64,000 bases of DNA from an uncultured Sporosarcina sp. (GTDB lineage: Bacteria; Bacillota; Bacilli; Bacillales_A; Planococcaceae). A model generated the notes under the pieces. That model worked only from the letters and a program-made list of their open reading frames with translations, made no database searches and was not told where the DNA came from. Both the position numbers and the translations under genes were made by a program. Location of the stretch: assembly GCA_947644645.1 (NCBI GenBank), contig CANSAF010000006.1:14917-78916 (forward strand), read 5' to 3'. Positions 44,034 to 54,038 of the stretch are shown here, piece by piece. How positions within the stretch are numbered: position 1 is the stretch's first letter; each line of letters opens with the position of its first letter.

Positions 44034-44624
44034 ATGGAACCTATTAATCAAGTGAAAAGTGTCATTACGCCATTAAATCGAACGAATGTCGATACCGATC
44101 AAATTATTTCTAAAGAGTTTTTAAAAAGAATTGAAAGAACCGGTTTTGGACAATATTTATTTTATCATTGGCGCTTCGATGCTGAAGGCAATGAAAGAAA
44201 AGATTTCGTACTAAATGATGAACGTTTTAAAGATTCTACTGTTTTAGTTGCACATGAAAACTTTGGTTGCGGTTCTTCAAGAGAACATGCTCCTTGGTCA
44301 ATTTATGATTATGGGTTTAAAGTAGTCATTGCACCAAGTTTTGCGGATATTTTTTATAATAACTGCATGAAAAATGGATTGCTGCCAATTACTTTATCAG
44401 TAGAGCAAGTGGAAGAATTACTGAAAAAAGGTCAACAAAGTCAATATTCGATAGAAGTAAATTTAGCTGACCAAAAAGTAACGACAGAAGACGGCGCAAC
44501 CTATGCTTTCTCTATCGATCCTTATTATAAAAAGATGTTATTAAACGGTTGGGATGAAATCGAATTGACAATTCAATATGAAGATGCAATTCGTGCATAC
44601 GAACAAAAACAACAGGCAATTTAA
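44034..44624 (+). CDS. leuD: 3-isopropylmalate dehydratase small subunit
   Basis: NVDTDQII.K.FL, NFGCGSSREHA, SFADIF. Confidence 0.97.
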   Translation: MEPINQVKSVITPLNRTNVDTDQIISKEFLKRIERTGFGQYLFYHWRFDAEGNERKDFVLNDERFKDSTVLVAHENFGCGSSREHAPWSIYDYGFKVVIAPSFADIFYNNCMKNGLLPITLSVEQVEELLKKGQQSQYSIEVNLADQKVTTEDGATYAFSIDPYYKKMLLNGWDEIELTIQYEDAIRAYEQKQQAI

Positions 44625-44672
44625 AAACCATCTACTAAAATGACGGGGCTCATTTTAGTAGATGGTTTTTTG
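44624..44672 (+). terminator. Terminator of the ilv-leu operon
   Basis: AAAAACCATCTACTAAAATGA...TCATTTTAGTAGATGGTTTTTT. Confidence 0.88.
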
Positions 44673-44858
44673 TTGAGTACAAAGACTTTTTTATGCATAG
44701 TTTATTAAAGGGGGTTAATTTTTTGATTATTAAAAATAAATGTAAGCGCTTTATGTAAAGTTATTGTATAATTAAAGGTGAACTATTGTAAATTATATAT
44801 TAAGAATTTGTAAAAGTTAGTTATCTCGAAGGGCTCAGCAATAAAAGATGGGAGGTTA

Positions 44859-45770
44859 ATGAAAATGAAAAACGAGAAGTTTGTTTCAATGGTCCAGAAA
44901 GCATTACAAAAACCAGCGGCTGTTGTGGAGAATCTTGGAATCATTGGTGGGATGACAAATTTAAATTATTTAGTCGATGTAGATGGAAAATCGTATGTTG
45001 TAAGGATTCCGGGACATGGTACATCTTCACTGATTGACAGAGCGAGAGAAATCCAAAACTTGAAATTAGGTTCAGCACTAGGGATTAATCCAGAACTTGT
45101 TTATTTTAATATTGAGTCTGGCATGAAAATTACGGAGACAATTGAAGATGCACGTCCTTTAACGAAGGAAGAAAATATGAATCTAGATCTACTACAAAAA
45201 GTTACAACAATTTTTAGAACCTTGCATCATTCGGAAGAGAAAATGAATCATGCTTTTCATTTATTTGCGATGATGGAAGAATATGAAATGCTTGCTATAG
45301 AAGCAGGGAGCGATTTTTATAAAGGATTTGAGAAAGTAAAAAACGAAGTCAAACTTTTGCAACATGAATACAGTCAAATGCCTATTGAGCAAGCACCCTG
45401 TCATATTGATCCGGCATGTTCTAACTTCTTAATCGCAAAAGATGAAAAAATGTATTTGATTGATTGGGAATATGGTGGAATGTTCGATCCATTATGGGAT
45501 ATTGCGGCATTTTCTTTAGAGGCAGGACTTGGGATTAAAGAGGAAAAAGATTTTTTTGAATTGTATTTTGGTCGAACTGTAACGGAAGAAGAGCAAGAGA
45601 GAATTTTTATGCATAAAATTTTCCAAGATTACTTATGGAGTTTATGGACATTATTTAAAGAAGAGCAAGGAGACAATTTTGGTCTATATGGGCGACATCG
45701 ATTTGAACGCGCCAAAACAAATATTCAATTATATAAACTTCGTTATGGCATGAAATTTACTGCTCAATAA
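44859..45770 (+). CDS. Choline/ethanolamine kinase-like phosphotransferase (LicA-like, APH superfamily)
   Basis: GGMTNLNY, VRIPG, Brenner-like CHIDP..SNF, IDWEY, DPLWDIA. Confidence 0.8.
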   Translation: MKMKNEKFVSMVQKALQKPAAVVENLGIIGGMTNLNYLVDVDGKSYVVRIPGHGTSSLIDRAREIQNLKLGSALGINPELVYFNIESGMKITETIEDARPLTKEENMNLDLLQKVTTIFRTLHHSEEKMNHAFHLFAMMEEYEMLAIEAGSDFYKGFEKVKNEVKLLQHEYSQMPIEQAPCHIDPACSNFLIAKDEKMYLIDWEYGGMFDPLWDIAAFSLEAGLGIKEEKDFFELYFGRTVTEEEQERIFMHKIFQDYLWSLWTLFKEEQGDNFGLYGRHRFERAKTNIQLYKLRYGMKFTAQ

Positions 45771-46027
45771 ATCGTGAAAAGGAATGAAGATAGAGAAATG
45801 GATTGTGACGAAAATCATTTGAAAAAAGCTCTACTATAGAAGCAATGGAAAAATCTCCAATCATTCCATTGCTTTTAGTGTGGATAAAAATAGGAAAGTG
45901 TAAATTCCGAACTTTAAGTATCAGTATACAGGTAATCCTCCGAAAGTTTTGTAACATCTGTAAAAGGTTTACCTTTTGTGATAAAGATGTTATCTTGATA
46001 AAGTCTAAAAAAATACAGTTACGGCTA

Positions 46028-46041
46028 TGAAAACGCTTCCT
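46028..46041 (+). promoter_or_regulatory. Candidate cre site upstream of the symporter
   Basis: TGAAAACGCTTCCT, 12 of 14 positions match the cre consensus. Confidence 0.45.
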
Positions 46042-46184
46042 GCCTATTTTCAGTGAAGTGATTTTTTCTTTTATTTTGTATGAATAGTGAAATATAAAAA
46101 TAACAGTAATTGATAATTTAGCATTCAAAAAGATTCTAGATATAGCCGACTACACATTTACAAATTTTAAAGGAGGATATATAT

Positions 46185-47522
46185 ATGGATTTTTCACCTT
46201 GGGTTTTATTCACAGATATCGGATTAATCTCGTTGCTATTGCTAGCAGGAACAATTATTCGAGCGAAAGTTAAAGTCGTTCAGCAAATGTTTTTGCCTGC
46301 CAGTATTATCGCGGGACTTCTAGCTTTAGCATTTGGTCCAAATGGTTTAGATTGGCTGCCATTCTCTGATCAAATGGGCACATATCCAGGCATTTTAATT
46401 GCCATTATTTTTGGTACATTGCCTTTACTTTCTCCACGTATTGACTGGAAAGCGATTAAAACAAGAGTTGGAAGTATGTGGGCATATTCACAACTTGCAA
46501 TGGTCTTAATGTGGGGTAGTGGTTTATTATTCGCTATGTTATTTTTAAATCCATTTTGGGATGATTTGCATAATGGATTTGGTTTATTATTAGCGGCTGG
46601 ATTTGTTGGTGGTCATGGTACTGCAGCAGCAATCGGTGATACGTTTGCGCAAAATGGTTGGGAAGAAGCTAAATCCCTAGCAATGACTTCTGCAACAATC
46701 GGGATTATTAGTTCGATTTTAATCGGAATTTTATTTATCAAACGTGGTTCTGCAAAAGGGCATACATCATTCCTTGCTTCTTTCTCAGAATTACCGAATG
46801 AATTAAGAACGGGTCTAATCCCTCCAGGACAACGTGTGAAATCAGAAACAGATACGGTTTCATCGATTTCAATTGATCCTTACGTATTTCATTTGTCAAT
46901 TGTGACAATTATCGCATTAGGCGGATATTATTTAAGTCAACTTGGAGAATCATTACTGCCAAACGTTGCAATTCCGGCATTCTCATTAGCATTTTTAGTG
47001 GGACTTGTTGTGAAGAAGATTATGAACGTTACAAATACGGATAAATATATGAGTACAGCGGTAGTCGATCGCATTAGTGGAAGTGCAACTGATATATTGG
47101 TTGCTTTCGGAATTGGGTCGATTAGTATTTCAGTCGTTGTTGATAACGCAGTACCACTTATTCTATTATTTATTTTTGGTTTGTTTTATGCGTTTATGTT
47201 CTTCTCGATTTTCTCGAAACGCTTTTTCGAAGAATTTTGGTTTGAAAAAGGAATTTTTACATGGGGATGGACGACAGGTACAGTCGCGATGGGAATGGCA
47301 TTACTTCGAATTGTTGACCCAAAATCTGAAAGTAAAACACTTGATGATTATGGTTTAGCTTATATTCCAATTGCACCTGTTGAAATTTTATTGGTGACAT
47401 TTGCACCAATCTTTGTGCTAAATTCACAAGGCTGGGTATTCTTATCAATCGTTGCTGCATTCTCGGCAGTTATTGTCTTTATGTCTTGGCGTTATAAATG
47501 GCTTACAAAAGCCGCAAAATAG
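46185..47522 (+). CDS. Sodium:glutamate symporter family (GltS/ESS-like) transporter
   Basis: About 12 TM helices; PASIIAG, GFVGGHGTAAA, G.GWTTGT...G...LR.VDP. Confidence 0.75.
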   Translation: MDFSPWVLFTDIGLISLLLLAGTIIRAKVKVVQQMFLPASIIAGLLALAFGPNGLDWLPFSDQMGTYPGILIAIIFGTLPLLSPRIDWKAIKTRVGSMWAYSQLAMVLMWGSGLLFAMLFLNPFWDDLHNGFGLLLAAGFVGGHGTAAAIGDTFAQNGWEEAKSLAMTSATIGIISSILIGILFIKRGSAKGHTSFLASFSELPNELRTGLIPPGQRVKSETDTVSSISIDPYVFHLSIVTIIALGGYYLSQLGESLLPNVAIPAFSLAFLVGLVVKKIMNVTNTDKYMSTAVVDRISGSATDILVAFGIGSISISVVVDNAVPLILLFIFGLFYAFMFFSIFSKRFFEEFWFEKGIFTWGWTTGTVAMGMALLRIVDPKSESKTLDDYGLAYIPIAPVEILLVTFAPIFVLNSQGWVFLSIVAAFSAVIVFMSWRYKWLTKAAK

Positions 47523-47525
47523 GAA

Positions 47526-47565
47526 GGCGGTCTCGAAGAATTTCTTCGGGACGCCTTTTTATTTT
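47526..47565 (+). terminator. Intrinsic terminator
   Basis: GGCGGTCTCGAAGAA-TTTCTTCGGGACGCC-TTTTT. Confidence 0.75.
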
Positions 47566-47665
47566 TCGCTGAAGATATGGAGAGCCGGAAATAATCGATT
47601 TTTAACTTTCGAGACAAGTCCAGTGTTATAATTAAGAGAGGAAATTTGATGTGAGGTGATCGGAA

Positions 47666-48298
47666 ATGCTGTCTATATTTAATATTGGAAAGACTTTACG
47701 GAAAGTCAAACTTAGAAACCAACAACTGAATTTATATTATCCACAAGATATTTATGATCCAATTGCAAGACGTGAAATGAAAGCAATTTTAATGCGTTTT
47801 AATGACTTATTTTATGAAGCTTATCCCGAAGCACTAAAAGGAAAGGAACCAAATTTTATAGAGGTTCAGCCACGCAAGCATTCTAAAAAATATGAAGTCC
47901 AACGCGATTTAATGCTTTATAAATCGCAAAAAGTACGAAAAAAAGAACTTGCCAAAATAGAAGAGTTTTTGAATTTAAAATATAATGTTGAAGAACAAAT
48001 TGCGTACTATAGCGATATCCTTCAAAAATCGATGTATACGAAACGTCAAATGAGAGAAGAGGACTATTCCGAATACTTTCCACAGTTATTTGAAAAACGT
48101 ATAAACGCTTTAGAAGCGATTGAATTACGTTGTCTAGAGAAATTAGAACATTTAATGAAAGATAAAAAAGTATTTGAACAATCAATCGAAACATTATTAA
48201 CGCATCCACAAAGCTTTTGGGAAGAAGCGGGGCGCTTAATTTCTGATTCGGTGAAACAAGTTGTCGATACAATCGATCAATCTTTCCGGAAAAAATGA
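47666..48298 (+). CDS. Hypothetical charged alpha-helical protein
   Basis: 210-aa ORF with RBS GAGGTGA and an upstream TATAAT; no family recognised. Confidence 0.65.
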   Translation: MLSIFNIGKTLRKVKLRNQQLNLYYPQDIYDPIARREMKAILMRFNDLFYEAYPEALKGKEPNFIEVQPRKHSKKYEVQRDLMLYKSQKVRKKELAKIEEFLNLKYNVEEQIAYYSDILQKSMYTKRQMREEDYSEYFPQLFEKRINALEAIELRCLEKLEHLMKDKKVFEQSIETLLTHPQSFWEEAGRLISDSVKQVVDTIDQSFRKK

Positions 48299-48372
48299 GG
48301 TTTATCATTTAATTTGTTACTATTGAAGAAACGGATGATTATGAGAAAATGACCTTCGATGGAGGGAATACA

Positions 48373-50184
48373 ATGGTGAAGAGAAATGACCCATGTCCTT
48401 GTGGAAGTGGGAAAAAGTATAAAAAATGTTGCGGTTCTTCAGGTGTAGATTTAATGGAGATGATTGTCAATGAAGAATTGGACCGTGTGTTAACAAAGTA
48501 TTTTGACACGTATCCATTACCGCAAGATCAAGAAGCGATGCAAAAGTTGATGAGAAAATGGCTGAATCATTTATCGGATAGCTGGGATAAAGAACATATT
48601 GAGGAAGCGTCTAGTGAGTATTATCTGTTTATTGAAAACAGTTCGAACTGGAAAACTTATTTGCAGCGAGAACGACAAGTGATTGAACGGACTGCTGTTT
48701 TAAATGTGTTAAAAGAATGGGATGAGCCAATATTTTTACTTGGTGAAGTTGTTAAAGCAGATGAGCAATTTCTGTATATTGATGCGTTACTTGGGACGGA
48801 AACTTATAAAATGGCAAGAAATGAACAAATGCCTGCTGATGTGGGAACACTCATTTTCGGTATCGCATTAAAGGATATTAGAAAAGGTCCTAACGCAATT
48901 GCGCCAATTTCATCGATGCTCTTTTTAGCGAAGTGGAGTAAACAAACGAAAAAATCATTAATTGAAATGAGAGAAGCGGATCCTGAAAAAGAAATTTCTT
49001 TGTTTTTAAAAGAACAGGCATTAATGATTTATGAACTTTTTATTCAACGTAGTATGGCAACGCTCAATGAATTGGTTGAGGAAGTTTTAGCGAAAAAAGA
49101 ATTAGAAATTCTAAGCGCGATTGAAGAGGAGTTATATAAGCGGGAACAAGCCTCAAATACGCGTGAAATGATGCATAAATTAGCAGTGGCTTATTTCTTA
49201 AATGAAGAAGCAAAAGTCCAAGATTCGAATCGATTTTTAGCAGCAATTTTTATCGTTGGGATGAAAATTGGTATCATTCAAAAAGCATTTTCGGATGAAG
49301 AAGATGTCTTGAAGCAATTCAATGTTGAGCGAATAGATATTCATACATATGAAAAAGAATTATTGGCTTTATATGAAAATATGATGCAAAGCGGCGATGA
49401 GCCAAATGCAGAAAAACATTATGCGGTCGGAACAGATCCACGTCCGACGGAAAAATCATTATGGGAAACGTCTATGACAACAGGTGGTGTTGTGCTTCCC
49501 GAACGAAAACCGACTGTTGCAGGAGGTCGCGCACAGCTTTTGGCGTATGAAGCTTATTTAGCGGAAACAGAAGAAAAGCGTAGAACATTGGCGAAGAACG
49601 CCTATGAAATGGATCCAAATAATTCTGATGCTTTATTACTTCAAACTGAAATTGCAGAAGATGGTGAAGTAATTGCTTTATTTGAACGTGCCATTCGTGA
49701 AGCGAGTCGAACATTCGAAGCAGGTGAAAATCCTTGGGAAAACATCCCGAACCGACCATTTATGCGCGCAGCATTTGCATATGGAGTTTATTTATTTGAA
49801 AAAGGTCAATATGATGATGCGGCATCTTTATTTCTCGATTTAATCAAAATGAATCCAACTGATCATCAAGGCGCGCGTTATGAAGCAGTTGCTTCTTTAA
49901 TTCATGCGAAAAGATTTGAAGAGGCTGCTGAAATTTTAATCCGTTATGAAAAGGGTTCCGCGAATGATGCGACGTATCTATATTTAGACTGGAAATTAGA
50001 GCATGCTGGTTCAAATGGGGAATCTGAAAGTGCGGAAGAAATGTTAAAGACGGCTGAACGGGCAAATGGTCATGTGCTTCATCTGCAAACGTTTCGTGTT
50101 GCGCCAATCGCGTATCCGAGGTTTCAAGAGCTTGAACCGGGAAGTCAAGAAGAAGCACGCTATATTTGGTTATTAATTAAATAA
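48373..50184 (+). CDS. SEC-C motif protein with C-terminal TPR-like region
   Basis: [17 protein letters not shown]; RPFMRA...[14 protein letters not shown] helical repeats; RBS GGAGG. Confidence 0.85.
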   Translation: MVKRNDPCPCGSGKKYKKCCGSSGVDLMEMIVNEELDRVLTKYFDTYPLPQDQEAMQKLMRKWLNHLSDSWDKEHIEEASSEYYLFIENSSNWKTYLQRERQVIERTAVLNVLKEWDEPIFLLGEVVKADEQFLYIDALLGTETYKMARNEQMPADVGTLIFGIALKDIRKGPNAIAPISSMLFLAKWSKQTKKSLIEMREADPEKEISLFLKEQALMIYELFIQRSMATLNELVEEVLAKKELEILSAIEEELYKREQASNTREMMHKLAVAYFLNEEAKVQDSNRFLAAIFIVGMKIGIIQKAFSDEEDVLKQFNVERIDIHTYEKELLALYENMMQSGDEPNAEKHYAVGTDPRPTEKSLWETSMTTGGVVLPERKPTVAGGRAQLLAYEAYLAETEEKRRTLAKNAYEMDPNNSDALLLQTEIAEDGEVIALFERAIREASRTFEAGENPWENIPNRPFMRAAFAYGVYLFEKGQYDDAASLFLDLIKMNPTDHQGARYEAVASLIHAKRFEEAAEILIRYEKGSANDATYLYLDWKLEHAGSNGESESAEEMLKTAERANGHVLHLQTFRVAPIAYPRFQELEPGSQEEARYIWLLIK

Positions 50185-50199
50185 AAGGGGGAGAAAACC

Positions 50200-51099
50200 A
50201 TGCAAACAATTAGCTATGAAGAAGGCATTATTTACGAATTTAATAAAGAAAATACGCCGATTCGAACAGTTGAATCAGGTACAACCATTCGGATTGAAAC
50301 GTATGATTGTTTCCAAAATCAAATTCAAACGGCAGATACAGAAGTTGCGACAATCGATTGGGATAAAATTAATCCAGCGACAGGTCCGATTTATGTAAAC
50401 GATGCATTACCGGGAGATATTTTAAAAGTAAAAATCGAGAAAATTGAAATCGGTGAACAAGGTGTCATGGTTGTCGGTCCAGATTTAGGGGTGATGGGAC
50501 ATCGTATTGAGCAAATGGAATCGAAAATATTGCCGATTAAAGATGACCATATATTATTCAATGAACTGGAATTACCGCTAAATAAAATGATCGGCGTCAT
50601 TGGCGTTGCACCTGAAGGCGAAGGAGTCAATTGTGGAACACCTGGTGCACATGGTGGGAATATGGACAATAAAATGGTTGCTGAAGGCGCAACTTTATAT
50701 TTTCCAGTTTTCGTAGAAGGTGCATTGTTTAGTTTAGGCGATTTTCATGCGGCAATGGGGGACGGCGAAATTAGTGTATCGGGCATTGAAGTTCCAGGTG
50801 CCGCAACCGTTACCTTAGAAGTAATCAAAGGGGAATCCCTGGATCATCCGATGTTGGAAAACGAAGAAGTATTTACGCAAATTGTTTCAGCTGAAACTTT
50901 AGATGAAGCCATTCGAACGGCAACAAGTGAAATGGTGGAGCGCATTGCTGTAAAATCCAATTTATCCATTAGCGAAGTGACGATGTTAATGAGTGCGATT
51001 GGCCAAGCTGAAATTTGCCAAATTGTAGATCCGTTAATGACGGCAAGATTTGTTGTCCCGAAATGGTTATTACAAAAATTAAATGCCCAGTTAATCTAA
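50200..51099 (+). CDS. Acetamidase/formamidase family protein
   Basis: NPATGPIYV, GVIGVAP, PGAHGGNMD, GDFHAAMGDGE. Confidence 0.9.
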   Translation: MQTISYEEGIIYEFNKENTPIRTVESGTTIRIETYDCFQNQIQTADTEVATIDWDKINPATGPIYVNDALPGDILKVKIEKIEIGEQGVMVVGPDLGVMGHRIEQMESKILPIKDDHILFNELELPLNKMIGVIGVAPEGEGVNCGTPGAHGGNMDNKMVAEGATLYFPVFVEGALFSLGDFHAAMGDGEISVSGIEVPGAATVTLEVIKGESLDHPMLENEEVFTQIVSAETLDEAIRTATSEMVERIAVKSNLSISEVTMLMSAIGQAEICQIVDPLMTARFVVPKWLLQKLNAQLI

Positions 51100-51106
51100 A
51101 AAGTAA

Positions 51107-51152
51107 GAGCGTCCAGAAAGTCTGAAAAAGGCTTTCTGGACGTCTTTTTGCT
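51107..51152. terminator. Bidirectional terminator between convergent genes (dispersed palindrome family)
   Basis: GAGCGTCCAGAAAGTC...GGCTTTCTGGACGTC-TTTTT. Confidence 0.75.
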
Positions 51153-51153
51153 T

Positions 51154-52044
51154 TTATGCGCGCTCTTCATGTTGGATGAAAAGCCAAATTTCTGAAGCAA
51201 TCGTAAAGGCAATTTGTTCATAAGCTGTTTCCTTATAAGCTGCTCTAAAAGATTGGGTAATGGCTTTAAGTAATTGTAAACGCGGTGTTTCGACTTTTAT
51301 TTCGTCTAATAAAAAGGCGATATATTCACAATCTGTACTTGTCTTATCTTGTTTGATTTGTTGTTGCAATGTCGCTAAATTTTCAAGTAGTTGCAGTTTA
51401 AGATTCGTTTCTTCATTTTCTTGTGAAAACATTAAATCGAACAGTTCATCATTAAATAATGGTTGTTCTTGCCCGACCAATGAAGGAAATATTTTATCCA
51501 TTCGGCGTACTAAATAATCGATGAGTTGTATAAGATCGATTTTTTGTGCGATGCTTTTCTTTCTGAAGAAGAGTGCATGTTGCAACATTCCCGTAAACAA
51601 AACGGAACAGTCAATTGCATAAAGACGCGCATCTTCGCCGTATACTTCAATAAAACGATCCGCGAGCCAGCGTACTTCTTTTAAATGGAGGTTTTTGGCG
51701 AAAAGACTTAATTCAACATCTTCCGAATGAAAAATGGCTTCAATCAGTGGAAGTAGATTATGATCGGCATTAATTTGAAGACGTACGGCAATTTGTTCTG
51801 TTAAAACAGCACGATCTTGTTTGCTTTTCCCAATGAGTAATTCTTGTCGACGAATATAGGTTGTTTCATCTCCTAAAATTAGAATGGCTTTTAAACATTC
51901 ATTTTTTGAAGGGAAATAATTATAAAATGTTCCTTTTGAAATATTGGCTTTCGTTAAAATATCTTGAATGGAAGTAGCCATAATTCCTTTTTCAACGAAA
52001 AGTTGTTGGGCATGTTTAAGTACTTGCCTTTTTTTTATATTCAA
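51154..52044 (-). CDS. TetR/AcrR family transcriptional regulator
   Basis: LF.EKG..ATSIQDI...ANISKGTFYNYF.SK; divergent from an MFS pump. Confidence 0.9.
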   Translation of the reverse strand: MNIKKRQVLKHAQQLFVEKGIMATSIQDILTKANISKGTFYNYFPSKNECLKAILILGDETTYIRRQELLIGKSKQDRAVLTEQIAVRLQINADHNLLPLIEAIFHSEDVELSLFAKNLHLKEVRWLADRFIEVYGEDARLYAIDCSVLFTGMLQHALFFRKKSIAQKIDLIQLIDYLVRRMDKIFPSLVGQEQPLFNDELFDLMFSQENEETNLKLQLLENLATLQQQIKQDKTSTDCEYIAFLLDEIKVETPRLQLLKAITQSFRAAYKETAYEQIAFTIASEIWLFIQHEERA

Positions 52045-52057
52045 GTTTTACACTCCT

Positions 52058-52157
52058 TGAACTCATAGTATAATAAATTTTACCTTTTAAACGTCTGTAA
52101 ATCAAGTTTGTTAGAAAGTTAGTATAATAATATTGCCTTTTTTGGACTCTCAGTATA
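52058..52157. promoter_or_regulatory. Two candidate TetR operators in the divergent intergenic region
   Basis: TGAACTCATAGTATA (52058-52072) and TGGACTCTCAGTATA (52143-52157). Confidence 0.6.
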
Positions 52158-52212
52158 AACTATAGAACATGAGAAAATATGGGGATAGTAAATTGGAATG
52201 AGGAGGAATTTT

Positions 52213-53721
52213 ATGGAGACAAAAGAAATGCATGCAAAGCCACCTTATGCGATGATTGCGATTTTATTTGTAGGAGCTTTTATTGCTTTTTTAAATAATA
52301 CTTTATTAAATATTGCATTACCGACAATTATGGAAGAATTTTCAATTATGCCATCTACCGTTCAATGGTTGACGACAGGATATATGCTAGTAAACGGGAT
52401 TTTAATTCCGGCAAGTGCTTTTTTTGTGACCAAATTTACAAATAGAAATTTATTTATCGTAGCGATGTCATTATTTTCATTGGGGACTTTACTCGCGGTC
52501 ATTACGCCGAATTTCTCACTTTTAATTGCAGCGAGAATGATTCAAGCATCGGGCTCTGCAATGATGATGCCTCTTCTAATGAATATTATGTTAGCCGCAT
52601 TTCCAATTGAACGTCGTGGAACAGCAATGGGGATGTTTGGCCTTGTTATGTTTACTGCGCCTGCAATTGGTCCAACTTTATCAGGATGGGTCATTGAGCA
52701 TTACTCTTGGCGTACTCTATTTGGGATTGTTTTACCATTTGCAGTTTTAACGTTAATTTATGCGATTTTCAGATTGAAAAACATTACGCCAAACCGCGAT
52801 ATGAAATTAGATATATTCTCTCTAATTCTTTCTTCTATCGGTTTTGGTGGATTGCTTTACGGATTTAGTACGGCAGGGGAAAAAGGTTGGACGTCACCAT
52901 TTGTTTATGGAACGATTTTACTCGGTGCGATTACTTTAATCGTATTTATTCTTCGTCAATTAAAAATGGAAGATCCAATGCTTGATTTTAGAATTTATAA
53001 ATATCCAATGTTTGCCTTGGCATCGACGATTTCTATCGTTTTATCAGTTGCGATGTTTTCTGCGATGATTTTGACGCCACTTTATGTGCAAAGCGTGCGC
53101 GGCATATCGCCATTTGATGCAGGTATTTTAATGTTACCAGGGGCAATTGTAATGGGAATTATGTCTCCTGTTACAGGAAAATTATTCGATAAATATGGTG
53201 CTCGGATTATGGCAATTACTGGTTTATCAATTACAATTATTACGACGTTTTACTTAAGTAGATTAAATATGGATTCAGGTTATTATTATATTATGATGCT
53301 TTACACGGTTCGCATGTTTGGGATTTCAATGGTCATGATGCCAGTTATGACGAATGGATTGAATCAATTACCGATGGTTTCAAACCCGCATGGTACAGCG
53401 ATGAATAATACATTGCAACAAGTTTCCGGTGCAATTGGTTCGGCTGTTTTATTAACCGTGATGACGAAGCGTATGGAATCTTCTGGTGCCAATTTATTTA
53501 CGGAAGCACAATCACAAGGAACGATACCAACAGGAGCTGAAGAATTAGCGATATTTGAACAACAACTTAGTTTACAAGCGATGTTAAACGGCATTAACTT
53601 TGCCTTCTTCGTTTCAACAGTGATTGCTTTTATTGCGCTTATCTTAACTTTCTTTATTAAACGTGTTGAACCACCAAAAAGCGACATCGGTGTCGAAAGT
53701 ATTAAAACCAATCAATCATAA
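52213..53721 (+). CDS. DHA2 family (LmrB/EmrB-like) 14-TM multidrug efflux MFS transporter
   Basis: LNNTLLNIALP, QWLTTGYML, ARMIQA.G, APAIGPTLSG, HGTAMNNTLQQV.GAIG. Confidence 0.92.
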   Translation: METKEMHAKPPYAMIAILFVGAFIAFLNNTLLNIALPTIMEEFSIMPSTVQWLTTGYMLVNGILIPASAFFVTKFTNRNLFIVAMSLFSLGTLLAVITPNFSLLIAARMIQASGSAMMMPLLMNIMLAAFPIERRGTAMGMFGLVMFTAPAIGPTLSGWVIEHYSWRTLFGIVLPFAVLTLIYAIFRLKNITPNRDMKLDIFSLILSSIGFGGLLYGFSTAGEKGWTSPFVYGTILLGAITLIVFILRQLKMEDPMLDFRIYKYPMFALASTISIVLSVAMFSAMILTPLYVQSVRGISPFDAGILMLPGAIVMGIMSPVTGKLFDKYGARIMAITGLSITIITTFYLSRLNMDSGYYYIMMLYTVRMFGISMVMMPVMTNGLNQLPMVSNPHGTAMNNTLQQVSGAIGSAVLLTVMTKRMESSGANLFTEAQSQGTIPTGAEELAIFEQQLSLQAMLNGINFAFFVSTVIAFIALILTFFIKRVEPPKSDIGVESIKTNQS

Positions 53722-53951
53722 TTTGTGGTAAAATAGAATAGACGACGAAATAGAATGATGAAGCAGTTGTATAGGCTGAAAAATAGGTTTACTTGATTTT
53801 TGGTGGGTATATATGTTCTCATTAGATGAGAAGCGGATTGTCTCATGCATCTGGATGGATTTTCAGGCATGATTATAGATGAAAATATTTTTATTGGCAA
53901 TTAACTCGAAAATGAGAAATAATGATACAATGTAAACGAAAATAAAAAAGG

Positions 53952-53994
53952 GAGGCGCCCAAAAAGTCCGCTCTTAGACTTGCTGGATAGCCTC
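53952..53994. repeat. Degenerate member of the dispersed palindrome family, upstream of a gene
   Basis: GAGGCGCCCAAAAAGTC...GACTTGCTGGATAGCCTC. Confidence 0.5.
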
Positions 53995-54038
53995 TGTTTT
54001 AATTTTTGGATGTAAAGGAAGGAAAAGGTGTAAACGAA

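Noticed and set aside
45757-46128. 123-aa minus-strand ORF in the kinase-symporter gap
   Set aside because: No RBS, AT-rich composition typical of intergenic DNA, and it overlaps the symporter promoter region.
53815-53870. Possible riboswitch in the MFS-SEC-C gap
   Set aside because: Only a short imperfect inverted repeat (TGAGA...TCTCA) is present, with no aptamer consensus.
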